DNA of 64,000 nt from the human T2T-CHM13v2.0 reference genome, Homo sapiens. Positions 39,051 through 53,849 of the stretch are shown in pieces (the first letter of the stretch is position 1; every line of letters begins with the position of its first letter). Below the pieces are notes generated by a model. It had not been told where the DNA came from, ran no database searches, and worked only from the letters and a program-made list of their open reading frames with translations. A program made the position numbers and the translations under genes. The stretch lies in NCBI RefSeq assembly GCF_009914755.1, contig NC_060928.1. One strand, given 5' to 3'.

Positions 39051-42000
39051 AATTTTTTTTCTTTCTATCTCCTGTGCCCTGGGTTCTATAAGTATAGTGT
39101 CTTTGTAGGTCTGATTTTGATAGCTTTGGGAACACATGATGACCCCATGCTTCCTGGTCCAATGGGGGATGGTGACAGTGGATGAGGAAGGAACTCACTG
39201 ATTGACACCTCAGTTTATTATTTGATTGTGCATATTAAATACTCAATTAAAATGATACATCCAGAATCATTTCCCCCACCATGCTGAAAATTATAGGAGT
39301 ATAGTAGCCATTTGAATGTTTTTGTTGTTTCAATGAAAAAAAAACTCTTTTCATACTTAACCTCACTTATAATAAAAGAAACACAAAGTAAAACAATGAC
39401 AACTCCGATTTTCACCAACCAAATTAGCCAAGGTTGGTTTACTGTTTTTAAATTTCTTAGTGCTGGTAAAATTATGATGAAACAGTCTCATAAATGGCTC
39501 TTGAAATACAAGTCGATAGGAACTTTCTGGAATGAAATTTATAATATCAATTAAGAATTTTACATTTTTTTCATGCTTGTAGTGGTTAAAATGTTATGCT
39601 CTGGACTTAGTCTATATATGATATGTGTAAGCAAATGACTTAACCTTTCAGAGTCTCAGTTTCCTCATTTATAAAATGGGGATAATAGTGCCTACTTTTT
39701 CTCTTCAAATGAAATTATGTGTTTATAATAATTAATATTTTGCCCAATGTATATTCAGAGCTCAGTAAATGTAAACTGTAATAATAATATGAATTGTACC
39801 CTTTCAACATAGTCCTTTAGGAAATAATCTGAGATGCAGACAAAGATTTATGCACAAAAGTGTTATCATAGCCTTAGTTATAAAAATGGAGACAAATTAT
39901 AAGTAAATATTCAAACTGTAAGAAAAATGGCAGTTTTTTTGTTTGCTTACTTAATACTGGAATATGATGTCGCTGCTAAAAATGATGTTTACAGGAGTCC
40001 CTAATGACATGTGGGAATGCTGATGATATTGAGTAAAAAAGGTACTATAGTGTCCACATTTAATCTAATCTAATCTATGTAAAAATCTCTATATGTAAAA
40101 TTGTATAGAAAAAGCACTAAAAGAAAAAATGTCATCGTTAGTAGTTATTGACCCCGAACTACCATGCTTAGGGTGATTTTTATGCTTATTTATACTTTGT
40201 AAAAATATTTTTCATGTTTCCTTCTCTTCCATGGCTTACTTTGTAGTCAGAAAAATAAAACCTCTAGATCCCTGTCTGAACCTGCTCAGCCCTTCTGTGT
40301 AGATCACAGCATCCCCGGGCTTGTACCTGAAGCCTGCTCACAGGTGGTGCCCTGTGGGGTCGGCTACTCGTAGCCTGTCTTGCCTGAGTTTTGTAGTCTG
40401 CCCTAGGGAACTATACTTTTCTGGTTATAAGTCAGAACATTGGTATTAATCCTCAAGCCCTTGTTGCTCTGATTTCTGGCTTCTTTCCGTGCAGATCGTT
40501 ACTCATTTTGAGGTCTCCCAAGAAACTCTCTCCTACAAAGAGATTTTGACTTCAAGCCTCTGAAGACAAAAGTGTTCCCTAGGTTTTGGGGACTTATTAT
40601 TCTTTTTGGCTTGATTTAATAAAAATCAGTCAACCAACCTTGAGAGCCTAATGATATAATTGGTCTTCTGCTGGGGGATTGCATATGATGGAGCTGGGAA
40701 GGAAAGTTTGCATGAGTGGATTAACATGGGTCCCACTCAGGTTGTTGCTTTGGAATGAGTCTATTCACAGGAGTGGGTGTTCAGCATGACTTTTTAAACC
40801 GTAGAATGAGTACAGGTAGTGAACAAAAAGAGTTAGAGAGTTGAACTTTGCACACTCGAGTATTTGTAATCTCCTGTGTGAGGTAGAACTATAAACTAAC
40901 TTGGATAAATGTGATGTATTGGGCAACTTGGAGTTGATCATTTTATATTTTCAGGTGTCATGTACTGATTTCTCCTTTGACTCTGGGCACTCACTCCATC
41001 ATGCAATATATGTTTGGGGACTGATCTGATGCCTTCTTATGGCTTAACATGGAGCTGTGGAAGGAAGCAGAGGCCCTGAGTAATTTCAGAGTCTCTCCAA
41101 CTCTTCAGACCTTTCCATTGATTTCTGGCATCTGTGTACCCAAATCTGCCAAACCGCCATGTCTGGTTTGAGAACTCCAGAGACTTGATTAGGAGGATAG
41201 AAAAAGTTAAAGGCTGTGAGGAACCCATATATTTATAAGTCGGTTGGAGGCACAGAAAGAGAACCCAGCCAAGAAGAGCACCTGTGTCACTCATGCTGAG
41301 AGGAGAGAGTTTTTAGAAGGAGGGCTGCTCAGTCAACAGTGCCTTGTGTTGCAGAGATTTCAGGTAGGATAAGGAATTAGAGGAGGCCATTAAATCTGGT
41401 CCTTAAGAGGCCATCAGAGACCTTTTCAAGAGCAATACCACAGTAAAATATTTTGAAGACAGATTTACAATGAAGTGAGGAGTTAGAGAGGCAAGGAAGT
41501 TGGGTAGTTAAGGGAAGGCAAGAGATGAGTTGTTTGTAGAGAAAAGTTTTTAGGACAGTAGGCAATGGAGAGCATAGTTGGAAGTTAAGGTTGAAAAGAG
41601 AGATAGGGGAAAACAGGTGGAATAATATTGAAAATTGGATCAAGAATATAGGTGTAGGCGTTAGCCATTTTATCCTGGGAGAAGGGAGGAAATGAAATAA
41701 AAACAGGAATAGATAGACGTTTTGAGGCGAAAGGAATGAATCCAGCATGCTCTGTTTAGTGATGTAGATGAGATCACCTGGGAAGGCATGAATGGGCGGG
41801 CAGAGTGGGGTAGTGACTTCAGAAGAGTAATAAGGGTTGAAAAGCACTGCTGGGTGAGGGGGAAGGAATGTCCATAACCTGACTCCAGCTTCCTTTAGAA
41901 TAATTAACACACGTTACACTCCTTATTTAAACAGAGATCCCAAGATCAGATAAATCCATAATTACTTATTTGTTGTACCCACAAAATACTATAGGGGTCT

Positions 42001-43474
42001 GCTTACTTTCTCTTGAAAGCATCCCCTTGGTAATTATTCTTTTATGTTTCTCTAATTGCATGCTAGAGAAAGCATCTGTTAGATGCAACTAGTCTTTAGA
42101 CCACTGAACACCTGCAGATCTTGTTGATGCATGCCCAAGTTCAGAAAGCTCTGAAAGAAGTTGCTTTAAAGAGGATAGGCCATGGCTTTTCAGATAACGG
42201 AGCCTTGAATCTGTAGTGTTTCCTAGGTTTCCAATCCTAACATTTACCCACTTGTTAAGGTAGTCATAAAACACTATCACCTTCATTTGCTCTTGCAACT
42301 TTTGAAGCTTTTTAAATTTCCCTTCGCACAGCTGGGATTGTGCTCCTGGCACTGTAAGGAAGGCATAGGGAAGAGAGAACAAAGGGCTTGGCATTATGTG
42401 GAAACCATACACCAAATCTGGGGAAAGTAGTCTCCTTCTCATATTTCCCTCAATGCAGTCATAATTTCCTTTGTAGTTTACTGAAGGACTGAAATGAGGA
42501 TTAATTTGGCTCTCAGGATATCATGAATTGTTCCTAATATTAGCAAAAGGCTGCTTGTAATTTGTAACTCCCAAAGTTCACAGAAAGGTTTGAGACTGTT
42601 AGTTTGTATGTTGCCAAAACAATCAGCATTTTTGAGGCAGACTCTTGTGGCTTAACTTCTGGGGTGGCTATGAAGGTCCTCTGAAGGGTTCTCATGTGGA
42701 TGAGTGGGCACTGGACATGAAAGGGAGATCTGCTTCATGTACAGGGAACACATCCAGATGATCAACAGTTAGGATCACCAACAGTGTACAGAGAAAGACC
42801 TGTTTTTAACAGATTCCAGGGGCAGGAATCTGTTTTACCAACATGGATTTTCTAGAAATCACAATCTCTACTACAAGCGTTGAGATGAAACAAGACATTT
42901 TGGGGCCATGGGTGGTGCATTAGCGAGTACAAACAAATGCTTTGAATCCTACAGGGGAAGGTGGGAAGGCCCCATAACCAGAACTCTTTCTTTTCTCTTT
43001 TCTAGATCTTACTCCTTTTTCATTTGAGGTGGGTAAATTGAGATTCGTGGGTTTTCTCCTGCCTTTGGAATAAAGGATGATAAATGGGACTTAAAGGGTA
43101 ATTACCACTTGAAAGCAGGAAGTTTTCACCTACAAAGGAAGCTGAACACAATCAAGTTCTTTATTAAAGAATGACTATTATGTGAGTGAGAACAAGAGAC
43201 AGGGCTGTCTGGACAAAATAATTTGTTTTATAGCTTTAATCCCAACTGGTATTACAGAGCTACTGTGCACTATGTATTGGGTCATAAAAATGACTTTTCA
43301 ACTCACAACTCTTCTTCATAACTTTATCTCCAGTTAAAGACCAAAATTTTCCAGCAACTCAATCCAATTATTTACTAACCCCAGTCCATTCATACTGAAG
43401 GCTGAGACTGGTATACTGACTCTGGAAGGCCAAATCTGTGAGAAGGAGCTTTGCAGAGGGCTCAGGAGCCCTGT

Positions 43475-44251
43475 TGATGCAGGATTTTTCTCAGCTTGTT
43501 TGCCGGACTCATGGCAGCGGCACCTCATCTACTCAGCCTGCTGTGCTCAACCCCTTGTAGGAGAAAGCATGTGTGTTAGTGAGTGCAGGATCTGGCTGGC
43601 CACTCCGGGCATTGACACAATAGCAAGCTCCATGGGGGGCCTGCAGCCAAACCAGGCATGTTGCCTCAAGGGAAACATGGTGGCACCCTGGTGGTGTGTT
43701 GCCTTGTTGCTGGGGTGGTTTCCCTCCGCTGGTGAGGGCAAAGGGCTGGTGTGACAGCCTTTTCTGGGTACTGGCGCTTGGTGGGTCCCAAGCTCTTGTC
43801 CGGTGTCTGAGAAGAATGGGGTTACACAGAAAATTGAATGATGGTGAAAGTGGAGAATTTTGTTGAGTGATGAAAACATTTCTCAGAAGAGAGTGGAGCT
43901 GGAGAGGGGACGAGAAGGACAGGTCGTCTTTCCCCAAAATCAGGTTGTCTCTTCCCCAAAGTCAGGCTGTCTCCCCTCTACTGACTGAGTCTGGATCTTT
44001 ATAGGCACAGGATAGGGGTGGGGCATACCATAGGTAGTTTTGGAAAAAGCAACATTCAATTGGTAAAAAGGCATGATTCAGAAAGAACCAATTGGGAGAG
44101 GGCAGGCAAACAGGAATATAAGTACTTACTTTGGACTTTTGGCCATGGGTTTCAGGCTGTTTTTTGTTGTTGTTTTATGGTGAAGGTGGGGTTTCACCAG
44201 GGACTCACCCGCCCTGTCCACCTAGAATTTCTCTGCCTCCTGCCTCTATTA
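43475..44251 (-). mobile_element. Solo ERV1-class LTR (MER50-like, MER4 group)
   Basis: Minus strand begins TAATAGAGGCAGGAGGCAGAGAAATTCTAGG and ends ...TGCATCA; flanked by 4-bp TSD ctgt (43471-43474 / 44252-44255). Confidence 0.7.
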
Positions 44252-44643
44252 CTGTGAAGGGGTTGGGGGAAGCTGCACTCCAGTCTCAGACCCCCAGGGG
44301 AGATGTTGATAGTATTATCTTACTGCTTCTGTTAGTCAGGAAGTTCTCTCTATACTCCTAGCAAGTATCTATCACGTGACACCCTCGTATCTAAAGGTCA
44401 TTCCTTTGGAAAGGGATGAAAACTCAATCACTGTGCTGGGCCTGGCCATTTGCTAAAAACCTCAAACACACAATTTGTACAGGTCCCAAGCTTCTACTTT
44501 ACTGATATACACTGCCTTTGGGCTACTCTCCAGCTGTCAGCTGCAGTGTTTGTAATTGAAATCTCTTCTGCCCTTCTGTGCAGTGATGAGACTTTGTGCT
44601 CATGAGCACCCGTGCCTTCTCTGTGCTCCCCTTCCCCCTCCAG

Positions 44644-44796
44644 ACTGCCATCACCTGTGCCAGCACTGTGTAGCTGATCTCCACAACACTGGGAGCATCT
44701 GCCTCAGGTGCCAGAATGCCCACTACCTGCTGCTCGGGGACCACTGTGTTCCTGACTGCCCTTCAGGATACTATGCAGAGAGAGGAGCTTGTAAAA
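44644..44796 (+). CDS. FRAS1: FRAS1 coding exon (~exon 21), FU repeat
   Basis: cttccccctccag| ... A|gtgagt; 153 nt; CHHLCQHCVADLHNTGSICLRCQNAHYLLLGDHCVPDCPSGYYAERGACK. Confidence 0.96.
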
Positions 44797-45038
44797 GTGA
44801 GTAAGTGCTGGACTCAGGAGCTGGAGCTGCCACCTGAGGTTCTCTTGGGGCAGTAGCTGGGAAGGATCAACCTTTCCTAAGAGAGAGTGGAGGCAGGAAG
44901 TGTAAACCACTTCCATGGGACTGTAAACCAGACTTGCCAATGTTCTCAGTGTTGGGACTTTATTACCCACACTTGGGGTGCTGCTTTGGAAGAGAATCTG
45001 ACATCATGGTTTCTGTTGTGTCTCTTTTTCCTCTGCAG

Positions 45039-45185
45039 AATGCCACTCCTCCTGCAGAACCTGCCAGGGCAGAGGACCTTTCTCCTGCTCCTCATGTGAC
45101 ACCAACCTCGTGCTGTCCCACACTGGCACCTGCAGCACCACCTGCTTCCCTGGGCACTATCTTGATGACAATCATGTTTGCCAGC
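45039..45185 (+). CDS. FRAS1: FRAS1 coding exon (~exon 22), FU repeat
   Basis: tttttcctctgcag| ... C|gtaggt; 147 nt; CHSSCRTCQGRGPFSCSSCDTNLVLSHTGTCSTTCFPGHYLDDNHVCQ. Confidence 0.95.
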
Positions 45186-46869
45186 GTAGGTTTTTCCAAT
45201 GAACCTTCTCTCCTTTCCTTCTTTTCCTGCCTTTCTGGAGCCATTGAAAGAAATGCGAGGTTCTTACTTCCATCTTCTCACCTGGTAGCCTTTATTTTTA
45301 TAAAAGGAAGAAAACCAATCTACAAAGGCAGTAAGGTTGCCATTAGCAGATTATGGCTCAGATATCAGCCTAATCAAAAGTGCTGGGCTTGGCGGTGGGG
45401 TCTCCTCTGTAAATGCCAGCTGTATGATCTTGGGCAGGTTATTTAACTTCTCTGTCCAGGTTATCTCATTTAAAAAATAAAAGTGTTAGTTTGTTTCATC
45501 TTTATAGTTTTTCTCAGCAATCCCATTCTATGACCCTAGGCAGAGAGTGGAGCTTGCTCTAGTATGCAATCAGTGGACTAAGCACGTCTCTGGATTTAAT
45601 TTGTTTTCTACATGTGTTTGTGAATATTGACAGTGTACAAGGTTTTGCATGCTGGAAATATTCCATTTCTGCCCAAACAGTAGTTATTTGGACTTGTATG
45701 GGAGTTACTTATATAGATGTCTTATTTCTCAAGTAAGTCAGAATATGATTAATTACCTTGAGTCAGGCACAAAGGGTTAGGATAAATTAGGGAATGGGTA
45801 AATTTGCCTGAAAAAAAATTAAGATATACTTCACAGATGAAGGAACATTTATGATAGGCTGATGCCACTTATTTTATCTCAGTCACCAAAGTGTCATTTG
45901 CAAAAACAAAAAATTGTTATACTTTTGAAAATGATGGTTAACAAATATAGTGGTAGTATTTCAGTTGTGTGTTCTAGGGGTACCATGCTGAAGGAATTGT
46001 GGAGTAGTGGTTAGGAGAGTGGGCTCTAGAGTCAGAGAATTGAAGTTCAAATCCTAACTGCTACTTAGAGCTTTATGACCTTGAGCAAGCCAATTAACCA
46101 CTAGGCCTCAGTTTCTTTTTTTTGTAAAAGGAAGATAATAACAATACCTACATTCTAATGTTATTACATTTAATACAGACCATAGTGGAGAATAAGTTGT
46201 CAGTATTGATTAACGATTATTTTGTTTTTATCATCATCATCTAAAATGAGAGGCAAATAAAGTAGTAAAGATATTTCTATTTTATAGATAGGAAGATAGA
46301 TATTACTGTTAGTTTATTGAGATCCTTGCAAAGATTTGCATTAGTTATATGAAACTCACCCTTTTGCATCATCTGTGGAGGTACTGGAGATCTAAAAACA
46401 AACTTTTTTGGGCTAGTGGGAAGATTGCTTTTGTAACAAAAACCTTGCTTTGTGTATATCAACTGTCTGCCAGAATCTGTAGATTCTGTAATATAAGAGA
46501 CAGGAATGAAATACTTCCATCTTCTATTCAGGAGCAAGAGAGTGCTGGTGGAGAAATAGTGACTTAGATTTATTAGGCTCTTCACAGCAGTGGAATCACA
46601 GAAATAAAAGTTCAAAAGAAAAAATAGAATCCATTGTATGAAGTATAGGTGACAAAAATACATTGCATTGAATTATTTCTCTTCTGGGAAGTTTTTGTCT
46701 TGGGGCAGGGTGGCCTCTGCACAAACACATTTGCTATGATCCCATGTAAATAGAATTTCATAGAATATTTCAGTTGGATTAAGAATTTCCTAAGTTTAGT
46801 CCTTAAATTTCATTCTGAGATTGAAAAAATACGCTCCTAAGTTGGGATATTTGAGTTTCTAGTACATTA

Positions 46870-47124
<255 letters not shown>

Positions 47125-48184
47125 CTATTCTAATACTCATAATTATAGACAATTATAGGCCTGCCAATTTTAGAAATTCTGCAATAAGGGCTTTTGAGGA
47201 AATGTAATCAGTATTAAGGGAGGCAGTCATAACCAAATTATTGAAGGAAGTAAGGACTGGAGAGCTTTCCAGATATTCTAGTTATAGGAATCTTTCAAGA
47301 GGATGTACTATTAACTGAATTAAAAAATCTAAGGGTCACCAGTTGAGGTAGGAACTTTAAAAAAGAGATGATATGTAAGGTTCTGAGTACTTGAAACCAT
47401 AGTGCTTTGGTATTGGAGGAGAATTCCAGAGTTACTGAAGCCAATCTTGCACCAGTGCAGAGACTCTTTTTCACTCACCCCCACAGACTTCCACGGAAGA
47501 AAGCCGGTTCCACTGCTGGGGAGCTAGAGTAGTTGGAAAGTTGTTTTTAATTGGCCCTAGAACTTGCCTCCAAAGTGGTATAGAATAAGCTTCCTCCTTC
47601 ATTCACACGATTACTGTCATTCCCCACCTTGACATCTCTGTGCCATGTAGACCCAGAGCCAATGGAGTATTGAAGTAGGAGTGGATGACCATTTCTTAGA
47701 CCTACAGCAGAAAACAAGTCTGTTTAAGAAGGTGATTGAACCCCCACACTGTGAGGTCCCTCTGCCCTTTCAGCACATCACAGATGTGATGGTTACAGCA
47801 CATCCCAGCTTCCCTCAGTGGTTTCTGGTCGACTCTGCCACTTTTTCACTGTCCTCCTGCACTTGCTGTGGGGGTCACTGACCTCAGAGAACTGCCCCTG
47901 CTACTCCAGGTGTGGCCACACCAAGATGTCTGCGTCAGTACTAGTAAGTACTTTGTGGGGTCTGAATGTAATACCACGGAAGCTGAGAACCCGAGGGACG
48001 TTGGTACCTACAGAACTGCTCTGTGTCAGACAGGGTCAGCCATTTACTCATTACTTTGGAAAGGGATAAGAGGAAGAAGTCATGGAAGCCACCTGTTTCT
48101 CAGTGTGACACTACTGTGTCCCTCCAAATCCTCCATAAAGTCTTCCAGCAATTCAAAATGCTCAGCATGAATCCATTTCTTTTA

Positions 48185-48556
<372 letters not shown>

Positions 48557-50969
48557 GAAGATTCAGGAACACAGCGGCAGGTGGAAGTAAGTCATAAGAA
48601 ACCCTCAGACACTAGGGCAAGAAATTGGCCTTGACCCCTGGCTGGGGAACTGGCATTCGGGGACCTCATTTTGCAGCTCTATGTCAAGAAAAGAGGACCA
48701 GCTGACCCTTATGTTGCATATCATCACATTTTTAGTTACTATCAAGACTGTTACTGACTAAAAATCTTAGATTTTTTTTTTTCTATAGGAACTGCTATCT
48801 AAGCAGGTCTTCTTCATCCTGTATTTGTACAGTTGGTTTTAGAACATAAATGCGGGACTTTTCTTAGAGTTCTGCTTATTTCACTTGGTTACTGTAGGTT
48901 CATTATTTCAACTGGTTAAGGTAACTGAACTGTTGTTCTTCCAGCTGGTGAAACTTAACTATGTATGTTTTCTATATAGGTGCATGTGGCATATTTAAAT
49001 ATTATTGACATGGTTTCTTTGTTTCTATTAAAGTCATGGATAAAAATATTGATCAAGTAAGAAATTAAGGCCTAATTAATGTGATACTCTGCTGTGGACC
49101 TATTTTTATCAATTATAAAGATTTGCTGATCATATTTTGAGTATGCTTTTCAACCACCTTCAAATCCACTTACAACTAGTAGGTCTCACTTCATTTTTGT
49201 ATTCACAAGTTTATTTTTGGAATCTCTATCAAACACTTTGCCAAAATTAAGATACACCATGCATAAAAATTCTAGCAAAAAAAAAGGGATAAAAATTTGG
49301 TCTCATCTAAGCTTACAACAGTTAAAATATTCTTTTCTAATTATTGAAAATAATTAGAACTGAAAATCCAGTCTAGAATTTTCCCAGGACCTTAAATTAT
49401 CAATATGCATATTCTAATGAATGTTTTATAACAATGTCTTTCTTTGTAGGTGAAACAATAGCATTCTTTTTTTTTTTCAGGGAGGTAATTTTCCTGCACT
49501 GTGCCATATACTTTGATATCATATAGATCTAAAACTCACTGGGTTTCTCTCTGTACTTTTCCTCTGACACGTACTTAGAGAAGATTTCAGAATGAGACAG
49601 AAATGCTGGTGCTTGTATATACCTTATGCAATATCTGGCTTTATTTCATTTATGTAGCAAGTGTTCATTGAACACCTACAATATGACAGATAACCAGCTA
49701 GGTGCTGACTAACATTACAAGGAACAAAACAGACCTGTTATTTGCTTTCATGAAGTTTGCAGCCTAAAAGATACAAATGTTAATCAAATAATCACTCAAA
49801 TGGAAATTGCTATACATGGCATGAAAAACATGTAGAGCATGCTATAATGCAAGGCCTGTTTTAGAATAGAAAGTTAACAAAGGTCCCAGAAGAAGAGACT
49901 GAAGAATGAGTTAAGAGTTAAAGACTCGGAGATTATATTAAGAGGATTCAAATATGCATGTTATAATAGGATTTCCAGGTGGAGAGAATGGAGGGAATGG
50001 TAGGGGAGCAATATTTGCAGAAATGATGGCTGGAAATTTTCCAGGATTGAAAAATGACATTGAGTTTGAAGGCGAAAGTGTACTCTGAAACCTGAGCTGT
50101 ATGAATTTTAAAACCCACTCTGGTGGATGCATGGAAAATGGATTGCAAGGGGGTCAGAGCGGAGATGGGGAAACCAATTAGGAGGCTGTGATAGTAGTTC
50201 AGCAGGGGATGATGATGGCTTAGAAATATTGGCATTTGTGGATATGGAAAAAAGCAAAAAGTTCTGAGAGTTATATCGGAGAGTTTGAATAAATAGGATC
50301 CAGTGAGTAACTGGATTAGGAGTCAGGGAAAGAGAGGTGTCAAGATAGACTTGGAGGTTTCTGGCATGAACAACTGTGTAGATGGAGAAATGCCAGTTGT
50401 TAAATAAGGGAAGATGGAAGCATGACCAGATTGGGGGATCATCCCTGAATGTCAGAGTTATGTGGCTGGGTTCTAAGAGTTGTAACTAGGCAAATCAATA
50501 AACCAGTTCACCTTCAAGTCCTTTGTATCTTAAAGTATGGGATTTCCCAAGCTCCCCAATAAAGTTGGTGCCTAATTTTAATGTTGCCATCACACAAAAA
50601 CCTGAATCTACATTATGAACTTAAGGGGGCTTGATTCCTGAAGAAGTAAGGTTTAAGTTCTGAACTATAATTCCAGGGATCTTAGAGTAAGCATAAATTC
50701 TGTTGCTGAATCACAGAGCAATTTGGATATGGGATTTCCATTATTGGGTTTGCACTTTATATTCTTTGTAAAATAAGATTACCCTTTTCTATTTCGGAAA
50801 CTAATATTTTCTGTTTTTGTTGATCACAGGGGAGGGCTATGAGCCATAATGAAATGTAGAGCAGGTTGGAACAAGGCTTTGTTCCTATGCAACATCTGTC
50901 TAGGTTTGATCAGTGCTTCAGTATTTGCAATTGTAATCATCTGGTCATTTTCTTTTCCTGTCTGCTCAG

Positions 50970-51116
50970 CATGCAACACACACTGTGGAAGCTGTGATTC
51001 ACAGGCCAGCTGTACCTCCTGCCGAGATCCAAACAAGGTTCTGCTCTTTGGGGAATGTCAATACGAGAGCTGCGCCCCACAGTACTATCTTGACTTCTCC
51101 ACCAACACGTGCAAAG
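50970..51116 (+). CDS. FRAS1: FRAS1 coding exon (~exon 23), FU repeat
   Basis: cctgtctgctcag| ... G|gtaaag; 147 nt; CNTHCGSCDSQASCTSCRDPNKVLLFGECQYESCAPQYYLDFSTNTCK. Confidence 0.96.
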
Positions 51117-51355
51117 GTAAAGCTCTTCCTGAATTGTGTAAAGATTCTTTTACACAGTGATACCACTTTACTACTGATGTCTAGTTTTCCATATTGGGAA
51201 AACACCAGTCATCATATATTTTGACTGTCTCTGATGATAGCAACAATTGTGTGTGTATGTATATATTCATTAATTCACTCCTTTATTTACTTATTAAGCA
51301 TATATTTTTGAGCACCTATTTGTGTCAGATGTTGTGCCACGTCTTGATAACAAGA

Positions 51356-51600
51356 CCAGAGGTGGCAAATTGTAAATCCTCAGGTTATATATGGCCCATA
51401 GACATGTTTTCTTTGTCTACTTAATGTTTCAATGCTTTAAAATCTTTAATTATTTGCCTTTTAAAAATCAGAAGATTTCACATACAAAAATTGAGATTTT
51501 CAAGTGTTGTTGTTTTTTTCTTAACCAGAAGCTCTGGTAATGTTGGATATGTATCCTGACAGTGAAGCTCTAGTAATGTTGGATATGTATCCTGACAGTG
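51356..51600. mobile_element. hAT-Charlie MITE (MER102-like)
   Basis: ccagaggtggcaaattg...tggcccatagacatgtttt; family uncertain. Confidence 0.45.
51528..51600. repeat. 36-bp tandem duplication (1 mismatch)
   Basis: gaagctct(g/a)gtaatgttggatatgtatcctgacagt x2. Confidence 0.95.
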
Positions 51601-52892
51601 CAACCGTAGGTTGAAACGGTGTAGCTGTCGTCCCTGCTGGATGGAACAGGATCTCTTCAGTTCAGCAGTCCCCACCATTCCCTTTCTATCACACAAGGCC
51701 TATTCTGAAGATACATTACTTTCCTGGGCTGTAGGTGTTTGCATTTACAACTTGAGATTGCTACCTCCAAGCTTGATAAGGTCAGGAGTCGTGTCTGATG
51801 TGTTCATCTCTGCTTAACATACTTAAATGAGTGAAGACGTAGTCCCTGTCTTCAAGGAAATTTATAAGGAGATAATGTCAAATGCCAAGTGCCTTTTTCT
51901 TTGCTCTCCAGTAGTTGGAATTCTCGGGGCTTACACACTTTGAATGGTAGTGCTCAGCAACAGGAAAGCAAAGGTAAAGAACAGGTTTTACTTGCTCCTG
52001 TCCATTTCCTCATTCCTGACTCCTTCCACATTTCTCTCTATCCCTCTGATTCTGGCAGAGAAGCTAGAGCTTGGATATGGTGGTCAAACATCTGTCAAGT
52101 AAACTTAGGATGCTTTAAGGCTCTGCAAAATTGCACACTTTCCATTCCAAGAAATTCTACTTCGTTGTCAACTTAGGTGGTCTGCTGTGCTCGAGACCAC
52201 AGAATTTTTTTTCTGTTTTTTTGTTTTTTTTTTTTTTTGCCTTCTAACCAGTAGCTGTCAGTTTGTGGTGAAAAACAAGATTATCACAAATCCACTCCAT
52301 TATAAATGATTTCATAACTGTGCTGGCAGTTTTCAAGGCTCTGTTTTAGTCATTTTCCCTCAGGACTGATTCAGCTAAATAAAGGAATAGGATTAACTTT
52401 GTAAATCTTGGAAGCACGTGTACTGTCTTGCACATTTACCTGATTTCTTTGGGACTTAGAAATATTCTACCAAGGAAGAGAAAAGGTAACTAATGAGAGG
52501 TTTCTCCAGTTTCTTAGCAGGAATGGAAGGTGAGATCGAGGGTGGCCCTGAATGGAGATAGGTTCTCTAAGAGAAACAGTTCAGCAGCAAACATTTATTG
52601 AGTTGTTACTATATGCCAGGCACTGTGCTAAATTATTTAAATTCATTATTTCATTTCATTCTTCACATTTTATTCTTCTTAACATTATGAAATGGGTACT
52701 ATTCTCACCCATGTTTTACAGGTGAGAAACCAGGATAATATAGATAAAAACATGATTGTAGGATAATATAGAGAAAAAGTAGCAAAGCCATGACTTGAAT
52801 ACAGACTTACCTTTCTTCAAAACCCATGCACTTAACTGTGCTATCCCATCCCATCTTCCATGCAGGTAGCACTTCCCTTACCAGCTACAACA

Positions 52893-53130
52893 CTGGCTTT
52901 CAAACATGAGTTTTCTGACTGCGTCAGAATTGCCTGGGCCATTAAAAACAACAGCAACAGCAACAACTATAATATTCACAATAACAAGTACAGCAGCAAC
53001 ATGTTTTCCTGTGCCCCAACCCAACCCCTGAGACTCTGATTTGATAAATCTGATGCTGAGCCTAATCCATATTTTTTAACAACCCCCCTGGATTATTTGC
53101 ATGCGCATTCAAGGTTAGACCCCTCTAGAA
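52893..53130. mobile_element. MER5-like MITE
   Basis: ggctttcaaac...gcgtcagaattgcctgg...gactctgatttgataaatctg...tttttaacaacccccctggattattt. Confidence 0.55.
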
Positions 53131-53849
53131 CATAAGCTCCTTGATGACAAGTTCTACACCTACCACCTTTATATTGCCCCCTCCTGCTGTTCAGTGACTA
53201 TCCCATAGGTGCTTATGGAGCAAATTAACATGTAATTGAGTCCGTTCTAATGCCTAAATGAGACCTTCTATTGTTTTAGCAACCTCTTTCTTTCTGGACA
53301 GCACCTTTATGCCCCATATAATTCTGACATCATTGGTTCTTTCTGTCACTTTGGTCAATGCCTGGTTTTGAGAGATAGAAACCCATGCAGCTGGTGTTAT
53401 TGGTGGCAGCAGATGCATTCTTAGTTGAGTGTCTGACATCTCTTTACCTATTGAGCATTGAGTATTTGGAAGAAGTCAGGGTTAGGTTTGTGGGGCAAGT
53501 TGGCCACTCCCTGCGGCAGGTTTTGCATGAAGACTTGATATGGCACAGGGATAAAGAACTAAGACCAGAGTGATCTGGTTTCTCAGCAGCCCTGCCAACA
53601 AGCAGGCTCAGCACAAGCATAGAGTGCTCCTTGTACATGTCCGTGTCTAACATAATTAGGGAACACTTAAACCTCAGAGAAGCATTCAGGCTACTACAAG
53701 TGGAAACCTCATTTGAGCCTACTTATCTGACATCTCTTACGTTGTCCTTATTTTACTCCTTGCAGCTGCAGACAGAGTCCTCATAAATGAACTGCTGGGT
53801 CTGAGGGTGGACAGAAAGGAAGATAATCTAATGCAGACTTTCTTTTTAG

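Noticed and set aside
41377-41910. 177-aa minus-strand ORF (and the 166-aa ORF at 28460-28960)
   Set aside because: They lie in purine-rich L2-like decayed sequence; no domain motif or splice support.
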